Shown: positions 28,878 to 42,697 of the stretch, one piece after another | How the letters are laid out: each line of letters begins with the position of its first letter | Position numbering within the stretch: the stretch's first letter is position 1 | Assembly (NCBI RefSeq): GCF_964204645.1 | Contig: NC_134025.1 | Coordinates: 5,332,001 to 5,396,000, forward strand | Reading direction: 5' to 3' | Length of the DNA stretch: 64,000 nucleotides | Origin: Tubulanus polymorphus | Taxonomy: Eukaryota; Animalia; Nemertea | Notes under the pieces: generated by a model | What the model was told of the DNA's origin: nothing | What the model saw: only the letters and a program-made list of their open reading frames with translations | Database searches by the model: none | Position numbers and translations under genes: made by a program

Positions 28878-31099
28878 TACTTACTCTTAACTCAGAATCA
28901 AAAGATGCTTGCCACATACACAATATCTACCTATAGGTCAATAATATGTTTCCATACCTCTTGGTTTAATAACCCCATAGCATAAGTTTGTCCCTTCCAG
29001 TCAGATAAGGTCAAATGATCAGTTAAATATACTATAAACAATTAATACCTGTCTAAGCTTGAGTCTAATCTGCGCAGTTAGTAACTCAATCCAACTGTTA
29101 TTGTCTTTTTAACATTACTCTAATTTGCAATGATTCTATTGTCCTTTGCTGCAATTAACTCGAATGTGTTTAAACTCGGTGTCGAGTCAACTGTGTTTCA
29201 GCGGGATTTACTCAATAATCCGAGTATAATAGCTAAATCGTGCATTTCATCACCAGTAACAATCACTTACATTAGATTACCAAATTCTATACAGCCCGTA
29301 TAACAGGTAACCCCAGTTTCAGTAGAAATTGGGGTAATGACACTTAATAGAATATTGCATATGCAGCAAGCCATTTTTGACGACTGCTTTGTTTGAGATC
29401 TAGCTCTTAACTTAACCGACATACTACACACACACTGGGTGAGGCAAAATATATGAATCAAATATAATAAATTCTTCAATCCTTAACAAATAGGCCTATA
29501 CAGCCTATACAATAGGCCTATACAAATGTATTTTCAAGTAAGAGAAATTTTTGATCACCGAGTAAAAATGAATGCTGAATAGGAGATACCTTTTCTAGTT
29601 AATAGTACTAAAATACATGTCTCTCAATAGAATTTGGACTTCAGACCAGACTACCAGATATCTCTAATTGTAGTAGTTTTCACAAAAATGAGAGTTAATA
29701 GTAAATACTGACAACAAAATAGTATTTGAAAATAAACTAGACATTAGTTCAATTTTGAGAATATTTTTATGTTTTTTGAGTAATTAAGCTCTTAAAAAGA
29801 GTAAAAACCTCTCTCAAATAGTAGTCATAATCAGGTCTGGGACTTGTGTAACATGTCGACTAAGTAATCCATGCAGCATGCATACTAAGTAGAAAGAGAT
29901 ACCAACGAGATGAATTCATGTACCTACTTCTGGTTTAGTATCTCCCCAAAATACACGTTTAATTGTAGACCACATGTAACTCACAAAGTACAAAGTATAT
30001 TCACACTTGCTAATCATTGGTGAATAATTAAAGAAGTTTTTTTTAAAGTAAAGCGAAGAGAAATGAATGTAGTTGTTTGATAATTCACTTCGCAGCCGGC
30101 GAGCCACAACCTACTCCACACTATCCTGCAGCAGTCTATTGCAGCTGATAGTAGTTGAGCACAACGGTGCTATATAGGTAGATAATAGATAAATATAGCT
30201 CACATTTAATACGCAGCATGAAAGAGGTAAAAAAGATATGGTTTTTTTGCCAGTGCAGAGAAGTCAGAGATGGAATCAAATAACATAGAAAAAATACTAC
30301 AAAGACCAAAAGATTGTCCAAGTCCAAAGTAGAACATAAAAAATGCAAAACAATAAACATTTTTGTAAAAATTAGTCTGAGGGCTTTGAATATAATATAA
30401 TTTCAAGAGAAACCACTATCTTCAAACAAGAATGGATAATGCAAGAGATTGGGATAGGGTTAACCTAGTCTAGTACCAAAAGTATATTAATGATCTTGAT
30501 ATTATAGTTAATTAGCTGTTGTTCTAGAGGTAACACAAGATTGTCTGGTAGACTAGGGTTTAAGGGTGGGTACAATAGGGTTTGGTCAGTTAATGGGTGC
30601 GAAAAATCATTAAGCTTTGATAATCTGATGGCTTATTTATATCAAATTGTGAAATTAGCAGTGGGTCATGAGTTGTATAGATAACTACAGGATACTAAGG
30701 TAAGCTAAGGACAAGTAATAGCACAGGGCATGAAATTGAAATCACACCCAAGAACAATAATGGCAGTACCGGTATAAAAAAGCTATTGAAAAGTTGGTAT
30801 TTTGGATGGGCAGTAGCCTATATAGTGGTATGCTGTGTGCGCAACAAGGGAATGGCAATAATGTCCCATGTGTAAGGCAATAATGTCCCAGACTCCCATG
30901 TGTAATAGGGTCAGGGACCAGCGGCGGCGAAGTCCAGCAGTAGTGACCCTCAGCAGCAGTGACCCTCGGCCTCTACTACCTCAGTCAATGCAGCAGAGGC
31001 AGCCAGAGACAGGTCCAGAGTCAGAAGAGAGGAGACGACAGAAAGCCACTGATTTTTCACATCGTCATTTCATTATCATTTATCAGTGTAAAATAGGCT

Positions 31100-31487
31100 C
31101 ATGACATGAACATTTTTCCCACGTCAGATTTTCACAAAATCATCGAATAAAGCTTATATGCACTCCTTATTGGAGAGATAATTTGATTGATTTACCTTGG
31201 TGATTAATTGCTGTAAACGCGTGTGAAATGTGGATTTCCCTGGAATTCGCTTCCGTGTTCAGGCCAGTACTGCAAAATTTACAATACTGAATGTTAGGAA
31301 ATTTATAAACATTTCGATCGTAAATAAACGCACATCTCAATATGTCAGCTGTTATACAATTCATAGATCAAACTTTTGATGTAGATTTGAGGATGAATAA
31401 GCTTTTATAATATGAATAATGAATTGATTGATGAATTTACGAATGTTTTTCTAAGATACAAAAGTTAGGCGTTTGTAAACCACTGTC
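31100..31487. promoter_or_regulatory. Putative bidirectional promoter, taxilin (-) / RABL3 (+)
   Basis: Head-to-head genes. CpG-containing interval between a probable minus-strand first exon (donor near 30980) and the RABL3 ATG. Confidence 0.45.
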
Positions 31488-33334
31488 ATGGCTGCCATTG
31501 ATCGGGTTCGTGTACTAGTTGTTGGAGATTCTGGTAAAATGTCGCTTTATTTCACTAGCATTCACAGGAAAATTAATCTTAGGCATAGCTTCGAAATAAT
31601 CTTATCATTAGAATGTAGAATTTAAGAAATAGCTCTGCCAGAATTTCGAATCTTGCGTATTTCTGTTGGCCAAACAGCTAAGTTTTCAATTGTTTGCACT
31701 AGGTGGCGACACACACTGGTACTTAAAGATTTGCGGGCTCTTGCTATTTTGACATTTGCAAATATTTTTAGGCGTTGGAAAAACATCTCTCGTGCATCTG
31801 ATTTGTGCCAATGCACCTATCGGCAATCCGTCCTACACTATTGGCTGTTCTGTTGAAGTAAAGGTACATGCTTCCTGCTATTTATACTAATTAATGTTTT
31901 GTAGTTCATTACGAATGAGTGTGAGAATATTAATGCAGGATTTGCACTTTCATTAAATTTTGCTTGTATATTCCAGTTGCACGAATACAAAGCTGGCACC
32001 CCAGAGGAAAAATCATATTTCATCGAACTATGGGATATAGGAGGGTCTGCTGGCCACAAAAATAGTAGATCAATCTTCTATCATCCGATACATGGTAATT
32101 TCATATTCATTTTCTCTCTTGCTATTATTAAATATCAATTATGGTATAGTGCAAACAATCAATCGAATGACACGAAATTAGTTGTAGTTTTTCTATGAAA
32201 TGTTACATTTTCAACTAAAGATTCAACATCTTAAATTGCAGGTATAATTTTAGTCCACGATTTAGCGAATAGGAAATCACAAATAAATCTGCGGAAATGG
32301 CTTTCTGAATTACTCAGCAAAGATCATAAGATACCTCAAGATGGGTGAGACTTTGATGATTACAGATTACAAAGACTAAGGCCTCAATATCCTCTTGGAG
32401 TTTTTGTGACAAGGTAATAGTTATTTTTTTCTAGCAATGACTATGATCCAGAACAATTTGTTGGAAATCAGATTCCAATATTGATCATTGGCACGAAATT
32501 GGATTTGGCACAAATTGTTCGTGATAATGGGCGAACAAGGGCATCATCCATTGCAGACGAATGTTGCTCCGACGAAGTTTTTGTGGTAAGTTTAGTTTTG
32601 TTGGGGATGCACCAAGAATCGTTGAGATAAGTTTAATGTATAATCACTTAATTGCCATTGTCGCAATTTAATTTGAATTTTAGGATTGTAACCAAGTGCG
32701 CCATCTATCGGCTGGGTCGAGTAATGCTGTCAAATTATCAAGATTCTTCGACAAGGTTTGATGTTGAAAACTTTTCATGAATTAGAAGTTATTTATATGT
32801 CGGAATTGAGGGTTCAATAGAATTCTTAGATAAAGATTAGCTATAAACTTTGAAATGTCACTCTTCAGCAATGCCTGATAAGGCTTATGGTATAATCAAT
32901 ATTTTTTATTAATCATTTAATGGGATTGTACATTTATTATAAACCTATTTGATATCAGCATGAAATAGAATTTTGTGCACCTATTTAACTTTTGATATAT
33001 TTTTCAGGTCATAGAAAGAAAGTTCTATTCGAGAGAAGGAAGTATGGTGAGTGTTGATAAGTATGTTTTTATTGTTTAAAGAAATTTAAATTGTAAAGGG
33101 CTCACAGGCACATATCGAATAAGATTTTCCCGGGAGGGGCACATTTGAACTACAGTATATAGGATCCTTGCGCCATAATGGTTTATTACTGTTATCATTA
33201 TTGTTATAATCAGATTCCGAAATTATGTCTATTAATAATTCTGAAATTTTTTTTTTTCTCAGGGGCCAACATCGAGTACAACATTCCAAGATCGACGTAG
33301 ACCCTACCCACACAAAAACTCTTATTACGAATGA
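31488..33334 (+). CDS. RABL3: Rab-like protein 3 small GTPase
   Basis: [16 protein letters not shown]|[20 protein letters not shown]|[66 protein letters not shown]|VIERKF. Last exon 33263-33334. Confidence 0.95.
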
Positions 33335-34480
33335 TATCGAGGATCTATGTAAATTTGAACGTGTGCTGCTTGTTGTGGATGTAGTGTATGAACTAGTCAT
33401 GGTAAAGCGAGCGTGCAATAGCCGAGTCAAAAATATCTGATGACTTGATAATGATCGACTTTTTAGAGAATGAATCACTTGAACATTGTTGTACATACTG
33501 TATTTGTGTAGTTAAATGCATACAGTACAGGAAATAAAATTATTTTCCATAGCAGCCATATGTATTTACTGTGTTATTTGAATACCAGGTTAGTGGCTTT
33601 GCTTCAGTATTGGCTAAAAAAATCATACCTTGTTTCTCCTATTCAGCCGGGTGATTTTGAAAACTGCAATAAAATTTTATTATCACTTCATTTCTAGAAA
33701 ATGTTATATACAGGGGGTACTGTAGATAGGCAGCCGGTCAGGTCAACTTTTTAAGCTCGGCTAAAATGAGAAACGTGGTATCGATCTTTTAACCCAATAC
33801 GTATATATAAGTGAACAGGTCCCGGAACAAGTGGACACTGGTGCGATGTTCGAGCATACACGTATTTTGTCGTAATTTCGAGGGGTCGATTTTTTTCATT
33901 CATGTCTGAACATTAAAAGTTTAATTTCGAGATAAGGACCGAATGAAATCGATTCAACAAGTCGCAGACAATTTCGAAACTATCAAATGGCAACAAAAAG
34001 AGAATATTATGTTCACCTTATCGGATGGCAATGATTATTGGAAATACTAGTACTCGGGCTTTTCAAAGAGCGATTTTTATTTTGGGATAAAAACTGCAAA
34101 CTATTGGATATTACCGGTACTCTGAAATTAGCATAAGTACATAACACAGTTTTTTCCATGAGTCTAAGCGTAAGAATTAAAAGATAACTGGCAGAAATTA
34201 CTACGTGTACATATTGCTATATTCCTTAGTGAGTATGTAACATGGCTTAATTCGTTCATTTTCGATGAAAATATAAATATCTTATGAAATCGTTCAAAAC
34301 ACGAAACAAACTATGGAGTTTCAAAAAAAAAATCAAGATAATCTAATAAATCATTCAATATACGAAATTCAATATACGAACAACTAACACCATTGAGTAG
34401 GTTTTAGAAATGATGATCGAAGTTTGTTTGACCGACAGAATTCTCCTAAAAATACTGAAGCAGCCGCAAGCCACATAACA

Positions 34481-34678
34481 TACAGTATGAGTAGACTCCG
34501 CTCAAGTCGGATCGTTTAGACTGCGCCCAAGTCGGTACTTTGGGGACGGTAAAAATGTGTCCGACTTTAAGGATACCGAGTTGGATTTCTTAAAAAGTGT
34601 CACAAAAATATTTTAACGAAAATCCGAGTTGAACGGTTATCTGACGGATCCTCGGGGCTCGGGCGTAGTCCTCTTGTA
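34481..34678. mobile_element. Degenerate MITE-like element, possibly related to the 28684 element
   Basis: Begins TACAGTATGAGTAGACTCCGCTCAAGTCGG, contains internal inverted AAGTCGG/CCGACTT/CCGAGTT motifs, and ends GTAGTCCTCTTGTA. Confidence 0.35.
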
Positions 34679-35207
34679 TTATAGTGCATAATAGAAGCTA
34701 TTTGATACATGCAGTTAAATACTAACATAAAGATATATTTCTCGCCAATTTCAGAGTTTTATACACATCGTTCTGCAAAATTCCGCTAAATCATCATTCA
34801 TTTTTGCGCACATTTCGCTGGCTATCTATTTTGACTAATTCATATATGTTCAACTCATCTACGTATTATCGCGAACGAACTCGCAAGCATTTTCCAATTG
34901 GTGGATATTATATATTTGAAGCGAAGTTATATAGGTCTAGATATATATGTACTAATGATCTTAAAAATGTTTCATATTCGGCCTTGGCCCGAATACCTAT
35001 ACATTTACAGTTCAGCTTCGAAATATGAGAAAGTTGATTGATAATAAATGGATTGTGATATAAATTAGCCTTAATATAAATATTTTTATCGGCTGGATGC
35101 TACGTGAATATAAACTTTGTGTATATCAGTATAAGCCGTGTATTGAAATATGTATGTAGATAAAAAAATATCATGATGAACGATGTGCTCTTGGTCTGCA
35201 AATCGGT

Positions 35208-36289
35208 TTAGGTTAAAAGTGATTTTTCTTCAGCGTTAACTTTCTGAGGTATGTTGTACACGATCTCAACCTGAATTTTCGGGCGACAGCATGTTAATCG
35301 ACAACAGAATCCGGCTTGTACAATACACGCGATGCAATTTATACTTAAGAACACGCAACGAGCGACGAAAAGCGTTGCGTGATGGTTTTTGATGGCTTCG
35401 AATTCGTCTATGGGAGTTTTCTGGTATATCGTCATGCCTTCATCGTTCATCTCGTATCTTCCTGCATGATTCCACGCGTCGCCGAATTCTCGTATGACAT
35501 CGGTAGAGGCGAGCAACATCGCGGCGAAAGCCGAACCCATAGCGCCGATTATGGAAAAGACTAGACATGTGACATGTAGAGCCATGCGCGGAAATCGCCC
35601 GGCAACAAACGTGAAAATGGCAGTCACGAAGCAAAACAGCGTTTCTCCGTAAATGATGCTGGTGTCATTTTTTCTGTCTTTTGGATCCCCTGACATATAG
35701 ACGCTGTCGATGATCACCAAGGAAATACCACACATCAGTTGTATTGTACCGATGATGATGGATTTGCGGAAGAAATTCGACACACCTTCCCAATTCCCTG
35801 AAAAATAACGAGTCAATATGGTGTCTCAATATCAATAACGACTGGGATCGTGGACTGGTTGGCTCATTAGTGACCATATTCAATATTTAAATGTACATTA
35901 TTTTCTGCCAACCAAAACATTTTTTCGTGAAATATATTGTCAAGATACTAGTCCACGTAAATGTAGCTTCTTAGATTCTCAGAATTTCAGACTCGCAGAT
36001 CGCTTGGCCACCATCAGCGCTTGCAGTGAAAGTTTATTTTCTGTAAGATTTCCGTAAAATTTGCCCCCTTCCAAAAAGCTGATTCCGCGCCTGAATACTG
36101 CCATATATGCGTAGGATAGAACGAATAGAACTGACCTTGGCGAGGTTTCGTTAATACATTCACATTGCCAAATTCTGCAGATGAAATCTGAATGTGAAGT
36201 TTAGCTTCCGAATTTTGTTGTTGGGCTGTAACTTCATTTGAAATCTGGTGACCGTTACTTAACATTTCTTCTTTTTCCGCTGTTGTCAT
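35208..36289 (-). CDS. Four-transmembrane protein of the MS4A/CD20-like superfamily (2 coding exons)
   Basis: Exons 36289-36136 and 35797-35208 join in phase 1 (PRQ-G-NWEG). Four hydrophobic segments: IIIGTIQLMCGISLVII (CD20-like GxxQ motif), LFCFVTAIFTFVAG, HVTCLVFSIIGAMGSAFAAMLL, and VFLSINCIACIVQAGF followed by a CC..CC cluster. Confidence 0.72.
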
Positions 36290-37698
36290 ATCGGAGTTCT
36301 TCACTCTCTGAAAAGAAACCGAGAATGCATTTCTATTTACACAATTATAGTCTTACGTTATAAGAAAGTAACAAGGGATTCTACGAAGAATCTCTGATAA
36401 CGGGTGCTTCGAAGACTCGAAGTTTTTCCATCTAAGACAATAAATCCCGTACAAAGTCGAATATCAGATTTTACGCGTTTAGACATACCTACTTCCTATG
36501 GACTAAAAAACCCTCTATCACAGGGGTCTGGTTTTACGTACGAAGTCCTGCTGATAACTGACATAAGTGCATTATATACACCTGCGACACCAGCTGCTTC
36601 AGAAAATTATTTTTATATATTTTCATCGACACAGATAGGAAAGCACAATGCATTCAGGATTAGGACAACCAGGTCAAAAAATACCAAAGTACTCGATATC
36701 GGTCAGAAATGTCATTTAAAGCAAAACGACTTTAACAGTCGTCTTTTTTTCTGTTGAATTTAATGTGAATAGCAATTTCTATGAATAATCTTATATTGGT
36801 CTCTTCTTTCGTAGTAGCGCCATGTAGTCTGCAGGTCACAAAAAGCATATCAACAGCTTGGCCTAGTCATTTACTACACAATGTTGCTGTCTTTGTAAAC
36901 CGGTATTCATCGAGGGAGAGACAGTTGCAGTATATGAAAAGAGACCCTCGTTTCAGGGAGGTGTGAGCGACCAACTCTTCCCGCTCTGATTCGATTGTCC
37001 AAATGGACTTCGTTCGTACGTCACTTCGAATCTCTTACACCAGGATGTTAAACGTTCACACCGATTGTATGTATATATATGTCACAAGAATCCACGTCTA
37101 CTTGTCACAAAGCATCAAACCAAAAATTGAAAGTGATCAGCAGAGCAGTGGTAGTTATATTTGCATGTGTTCTATCCTATACGTACCGATCGAAAAATGC
37201 ATAGTCCTCAAGCAAAAAAAATTATCAACTCCTCATTTTTGCACTGCGCTAGAAACACCACCAGATTTTTTCATTGTCAATCGTGAACTGGCAGCGGTCT
37301 GGGGTGGAAGGTCCCTCCAACCCCCATTTTCTAAACATAATATTTTCATTACGTTGTTTCCCCAAGATGCCATTCTAGGGTGTATTTTTTGGGGTCCAAA
37401 AACATATCGCGTCACTATTTCGTGATAGAAGTTCATAAATTAGGTCCCCAAAATTCCTGGATCACAGAAGTAATTCCTGAATACAGTGGATACAGTAACG
37501 GGGATTCTTTTCCGGAATTTCAGTACTCTATAGATCACCTATAATAAGAATTTCCATTAGATATTCCAACGCAATTTGTTTTGTTTTTTCACCGTTTATC
37601 CAGGCCGACCCACATTGGCGCGTCTGTTGTGCTGCTGTATGATACTTTGGTTCAGAGTTTGCAAAAAACGGTTTATTCACAATAGTGTGAGTCTGAGC

Positions 37699-40600
37699 AT
37701 GAAAATGTGGTTATCCGTTGCAAGCATAGTTCTAGCAATAATTCTAGTGAAACCTGGAAGCGATGCTAAAAGAGCTGCAGGTAAGAAGAAATATTAAGTA
37801 AAGGATAAAAGTATTTCAGAACGTGTTTTACCTCCAGCATAATTTCCACGAAACCTGATTTTCATTAGCAATTTCAACCTAACAGATCTTACAATATATA
37901 CATAGGAAGCTCCCATCAGAATGTACCCAGAACAGATACTAGTGTGTAGGCAAGCGTTTTGTTCATCTCATAATGGTGATGATATCCCCTTGCTCATTTG
38001 GCTTATTTGAGACCTTTCTTGGTTATATATCGTCCCTTTGCGTAATCTACCCGCTGGCTACATCATGATCATAAAAGTATATTTAAATTACCTAGTACAG
38101 CTGATGATCCTAACGACTGAGTTAATCTGAAAGAAATTTGGAAATCCTAATTATCGTCAATTGTCGAGCTAAATTGTTCGTATTACATTTCTTCTAGACG
38201 ATTTCCAAGCTGACTCACCAAAACGATCCGTCAAAATAACGACTATTTTGGTAAGCCGTAACTTTAGTAGGAATGGTACAATCCTCTTTTGAAAATTATG
38301 TAAATCGCACCGATCTGTCAAACATTCAGATTTATGGTGTCGGCGGCGGAGACGAGTCGCGCATATTGAGTAAAACGAGTTATTCATTCGCTTAATGATT
38401 TATTTTCCTGTTTATAGTATAAAAGAATGTAAAAAAAACGACGAAAAAAGTTTAATTTTCATAACCTATATATTGAGTTTTCTCCCAAGATCGAATCGGT
38501 TGTAATTTCTGCTGACAAATGATTTTTTATACGTCCGTACATGATGGCAAACGATCGCACTAGCATGTTTGCAATGTCCTACATCTAATTCTTAAAAAGT
38601 ACGCATCTGATGTATGAGCACGCTCAAAGTATATGGGAACGAAACAAGACGTTCATGAATGAAACGAATTTGTGAAATATTTTGCCGTTCCATTAAACTT
38701 ATTTCATCTTTTTGTATTTCAGGCGGAACCGTTTATGATGAAGCGGAAAGACGGCGCTTACGAGGGCTACATCGCTGACTTGATCGATCGAATTTCCAAA
38801 AAAGCCAATTTCAATTACGAATTTCAGATTACGGCTAATGGAAGATACGGCGTGATTGATTCGAACACAGGGCTTTGGAATGGAATGATTGGGGAACTCA
38901 TTAACCGGGTTGGTCAAAATAGATATAACATTTTAACCCCTTCTACACGGAGTTCCTGAAGTTGATTATTGAGTTTCATTCCTCCCACGCTCATTTTGAA
39001 AAGATGTAAATTCTATGTCGCATGACTTCTCTTGAAATCTGCGAAAAGGTGTAGGAAATAAGGAGAGAATTAAAATGTTGCATAATAATCACACGGAGTT
39101 AAAACATCGTTTCAGAAAGTGGATATGGCAGCTGCTGACATGACAATAACTTCACAAAGAGAACGCATTGTTGACTTCAGTACACCGTTCTTGAACACTG
39201 GAATTGGCATCCTGATGAAAAAACCCGCTTCAGCTCGGCGTTCCTCGTTTGCCGTGTTTCAACCATTCAGGGCAGAATTGTGGTTTGCCATTGTAGTGGC
39301 TTACGTAGTAATGAGTATCGTTCTCTTCCTTCTGGCGAGGTTCGGTGAATGGCAACAATCTTTGGACGGAAAAGAAGAGAACAGATTTTCCTTAGCGGGC
39401 AGTTTTTGGTATCTATTTGGATCCCCGGGAAATGCAGGTAATGCTTTCTCATTTACTCCAAAGCAAGGATTATTATTCTTTTTGATATCTATTTCCTTTC
39501 ATTTTCTATCAAAGGTTGTAACCTGGTTCCGAATTCTATATCGGTGCGGATCATTAGTTCTACATGGTGGATTTTCTCATTTTTCGTTTTGGGAGCTTAC
39601 GTGGCAAAACTATTTCCGTTTCTGACTCCAGAACGTTTAATGACGCCATCCACCTCACTCACCGCTGAAGACTTGTCAAAGCAGACTTTTATCAAATATG
39701 GCACAATATATCGTGGATCAACATGGGAGTTTTTCAGAAACGTAAAACAAAATATGATTTATTCAAGCCCAACGCACCTGACGTCAGGGGAACACGAAAT
39801 ACAGAAACACGGAATCAAACAAGTTTGATCTTGGAAACATTATTACCCGAAACCATGTTTCCCGCTTCTCGTAAACGCACACGAAATAGGGAAACGCTCG
39901 GGAACATGTTTTTGTCTCCTGTTTCTGTTTCCCATGCGTCGTGTGAGTTGGGTTTTACGAAATGAGTGATTTCCATTTCATCATCTTCGTTGCTTTTTTT
40001 CAATGTTTTTTCTTCGATCGTTTCAGTCCCGTGTTGAGGTATATTCGCGAATGTATAGATTCATGGAAAGCAGCCGACCATCGGTTTACGTGAACTCTAC
40101 GAAAGAAGGCATCGAACGCGTAAAACGAGGCTACTACGCATTTTTGACCGAAGCACATACCATTACATACCACACGCGAAGGGATTGTTCATTAATGCAA
40201 GCTGGGGGTTATCTAGATTCCAAGGGCCTAGGATTCGCATTTCCAATAGGTATAACCTTCGACAATTTATCATATATGTATAAGCGACTAGATTAGTTGG
40301 AATTGCAATGACAATTTGTTGCTCAATAGATACGTATCTAAGCCCGGCGCACACCTTTACGATTGGTCGTATGATCGCATATTTTCGTATCATCGTAAAA
40401 GTGTGAAATGGCATCCGGAACCGATTTCATCGTATCATCGCATGCGATCATACGATGGTCGTAAAGGTGTGCGGCACAGACATATTATTGACTGATAGGT
40501 ATCTACAGTGCGATATGTATATATTTACTGAAAGTGATTTATTTCCTTATTCTCAAAACATGCTTTGCGTGCAAATTCTAACAGCTTTCTTATGTATGTC

Positions 40601-41106
40601 TTATTCTATATCAAGGATCTCCGCTGAGACAAAATGTATCATCAGCAATATTGATGTTGGCGGAAAGTGGCGTCTTACAGATGTTGTACAATAGATGGTT
40701 TATCGAGCCCGCTAGATGTGAAACTGGTCAAGACAGTTCAGACTCCTCTGGATTTGTAATAGGAGCTCATGGTGTCCATCCCTTATTTGGTATTCTACTA
40801 GGCGGATTGGGCCTGGCGGGCATCGTTGCCATATTTGAAATGCTTTGCATAGCTCGTAGAAAGTCAAAACAAAACAAGGTTTCTATCGACATTCTCTCAA
40901 ACTTCGTGGTGAACTCAATGTTTTCGTAATGAAACTGTTACCGAAAGATAAGCGAATACATTTAAATATATTTTGGTTTTTAGGTGCCATTTTGCGACCA
41001 GGTCTCCTCGAATATGCGTCAGTTGGTGGCATCGTGCTGTTCATCGACACGAATACAACAGATGGCGGCATTTGACAATTCTGATAAACTGACAGAAATT
41101 TCATGA
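37699..41106 (+). CDS. Divergent ionotropic glutamate receptor-like subunit lacking the amino-terminal domain
   Basis: Exons 37699-37780 (signal peptide), 38198-38250, 38723-38908, 39116-39437, 39515-39741, 40027-40249, 40616-40878, 40984-41106, all in frame. S1 (KITTILAEPF, YEGYIADL, WNGMIGEL, TITSQRERIVDFS), M1-M3, S2 (KYGTIYRGST, YAFLTE, DCSLMQAGGYLDSKG) and M4 are present. Confidence 0.9.
39765..39955. mobile_element. MITE-like element with imperfect TIRs (PIF/Harbinger-like ends) in an iGluR intron
   Basis: Left AAGCCCAACGCACCTGACG..GGAACACGAAA versus right reverse complement AAACCCAACTCACACGACG..GGAAACAGAAA. Internal repeated GAAAC/GTTTC motifs. Confidence 0.65.
40341..40476. mobile_element. 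Palindromic MITE-like element in an iGluR intron
   Basis: CGCACACCTTTACGATTGGTCGTATGATCGCAT ... ATGCGATCATACGATGGTCGTAAAGGTGTGCG, about 32-bp inverted arms. Confidence 0.75.
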
Positions 41107-42697
41107 GCTCGCGTCGCGTTCATCTCGCAATTATCCGTAGTTAGCTGGATTTTTCTTCGATTCTACGCGCAATAACAACAACTCCTAAAACGAAATTCAA
41201 AACTTCAAACTCGGTGTAGTTTTTATCAAAATTGACATGCGCAACGCATGAATAAAATTTAATCAAGTATGTACATATACACGCGGAATATAATCGGGAA
41301 TCATCAAATATGGCTATAACAATATGGAAGCAGGAAATTATGGAAAACGATCTTTTTTTTTCAAAAACTTTCACGTGAACGTGGACAAAATATAGGTGTA
41401 ATCATGATACATAAGAAGTTACATGTATTTCTACTTGTTTTTTTATTATTCATCCATGCGCCTAGAGTACAAATTAGTGCGCGAGCGTTTGTTGGTGGAA
41501 AATAACTTTTTTCCAATAACGAATTGAATATAATCATTATATAAACATCCCGCATTCAAACCGGACATCATGATATCATCGACAAAATATTCTGTGTGCA
41601 TTATGCGTAATCCCTCAAAAATATGAACAAAGATGAATAATAGTAATTTTCAAACGAAAATGCGATTATTACGTTGAACTTTGAAAAACTCAAACCCAAC
41701 TCGGTATAAGGCAGAGAAGTAGGAACTCCCATGAGATAACCCACTAAACTGCTCGTATCGAAATCTTAACATGCTTGCGATTCCAAACTTGACTAATTTC
41801 AGCCTTCCCGACAATATCTAATTGTCTTTGTATCTAATAACGCTAAATCTAAACTATATAGGCGCCTGTTATTCATCGTCTCCTCATGAGTGAAACGAAA
41901 ATCTTGTTCGATTCTACTGATGAAAATTAAAGCATGCAATTTAAACCATCACATATTGAGCAAGAGCGATGAGTGGAATTTCACCGGTAAGCTCTATGAT
42001 TGTATAAACGCGTTCATTATACAAATCCATGATGGTTATAGGTGTTTAAGTCTAAGAATCTAGAAAAATAAACAATATCGATGCCCGTTTTATACATATA
42101 CGATGCACCTGCGTATTATATCATAATGTGAAGATATCGATCCGATTGTTTGATACTCAGAATAACGATCCGAGAAAATTAATCTGATATCAGTTTCAAA
42201 CCCGCACAACTCACAGAAGACGGAGTTGTGAAATTTGATGGGCAGCGGATAAAAAATTTGCACGCTTTTTACTCACACCGCTGCAGTTATTCAAACAGTC
42301 TTAAATGTTTCGATGGAAGATATGAAATTACTCTTCACGACCAGTCACTCGGTCATCTCATTACAATAGTCGAAAAAATTGATCCAAACTGTACAAATTA
42401 TTTACAATCATACATAGAAAATAAAAACCTCTTCCCCAACTGCGCTCGTTCGGTTTTCATTCTAAACATCGCTTTATTATTTTTGTTGAAATAAGATCAG
42501 TCGCATCGATCTTGGTTCAACGTGCCGATTTAAGAAATGTTCCATCGCGTTCGCTAACACTTCGTGACAATCATGGCCGCGCCATTATCGCCATAATCAT
42601 AGTCTGCTCGCCCGAAGTCGTTAAACTCGTGGCCCTGAGGCCAGTACCCACGTCTGCTAATATTATCTTCGATGCTTAAATCGGCACTACACCGCCG

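Noticed and set aside
33099-33122. Alternative terminal exon for RABL3 (GSQAHIE-stop)
   Set aside because: The acceptor lacks a pyrimidine tract. The exon at 33263 has a much stronger acceptor.
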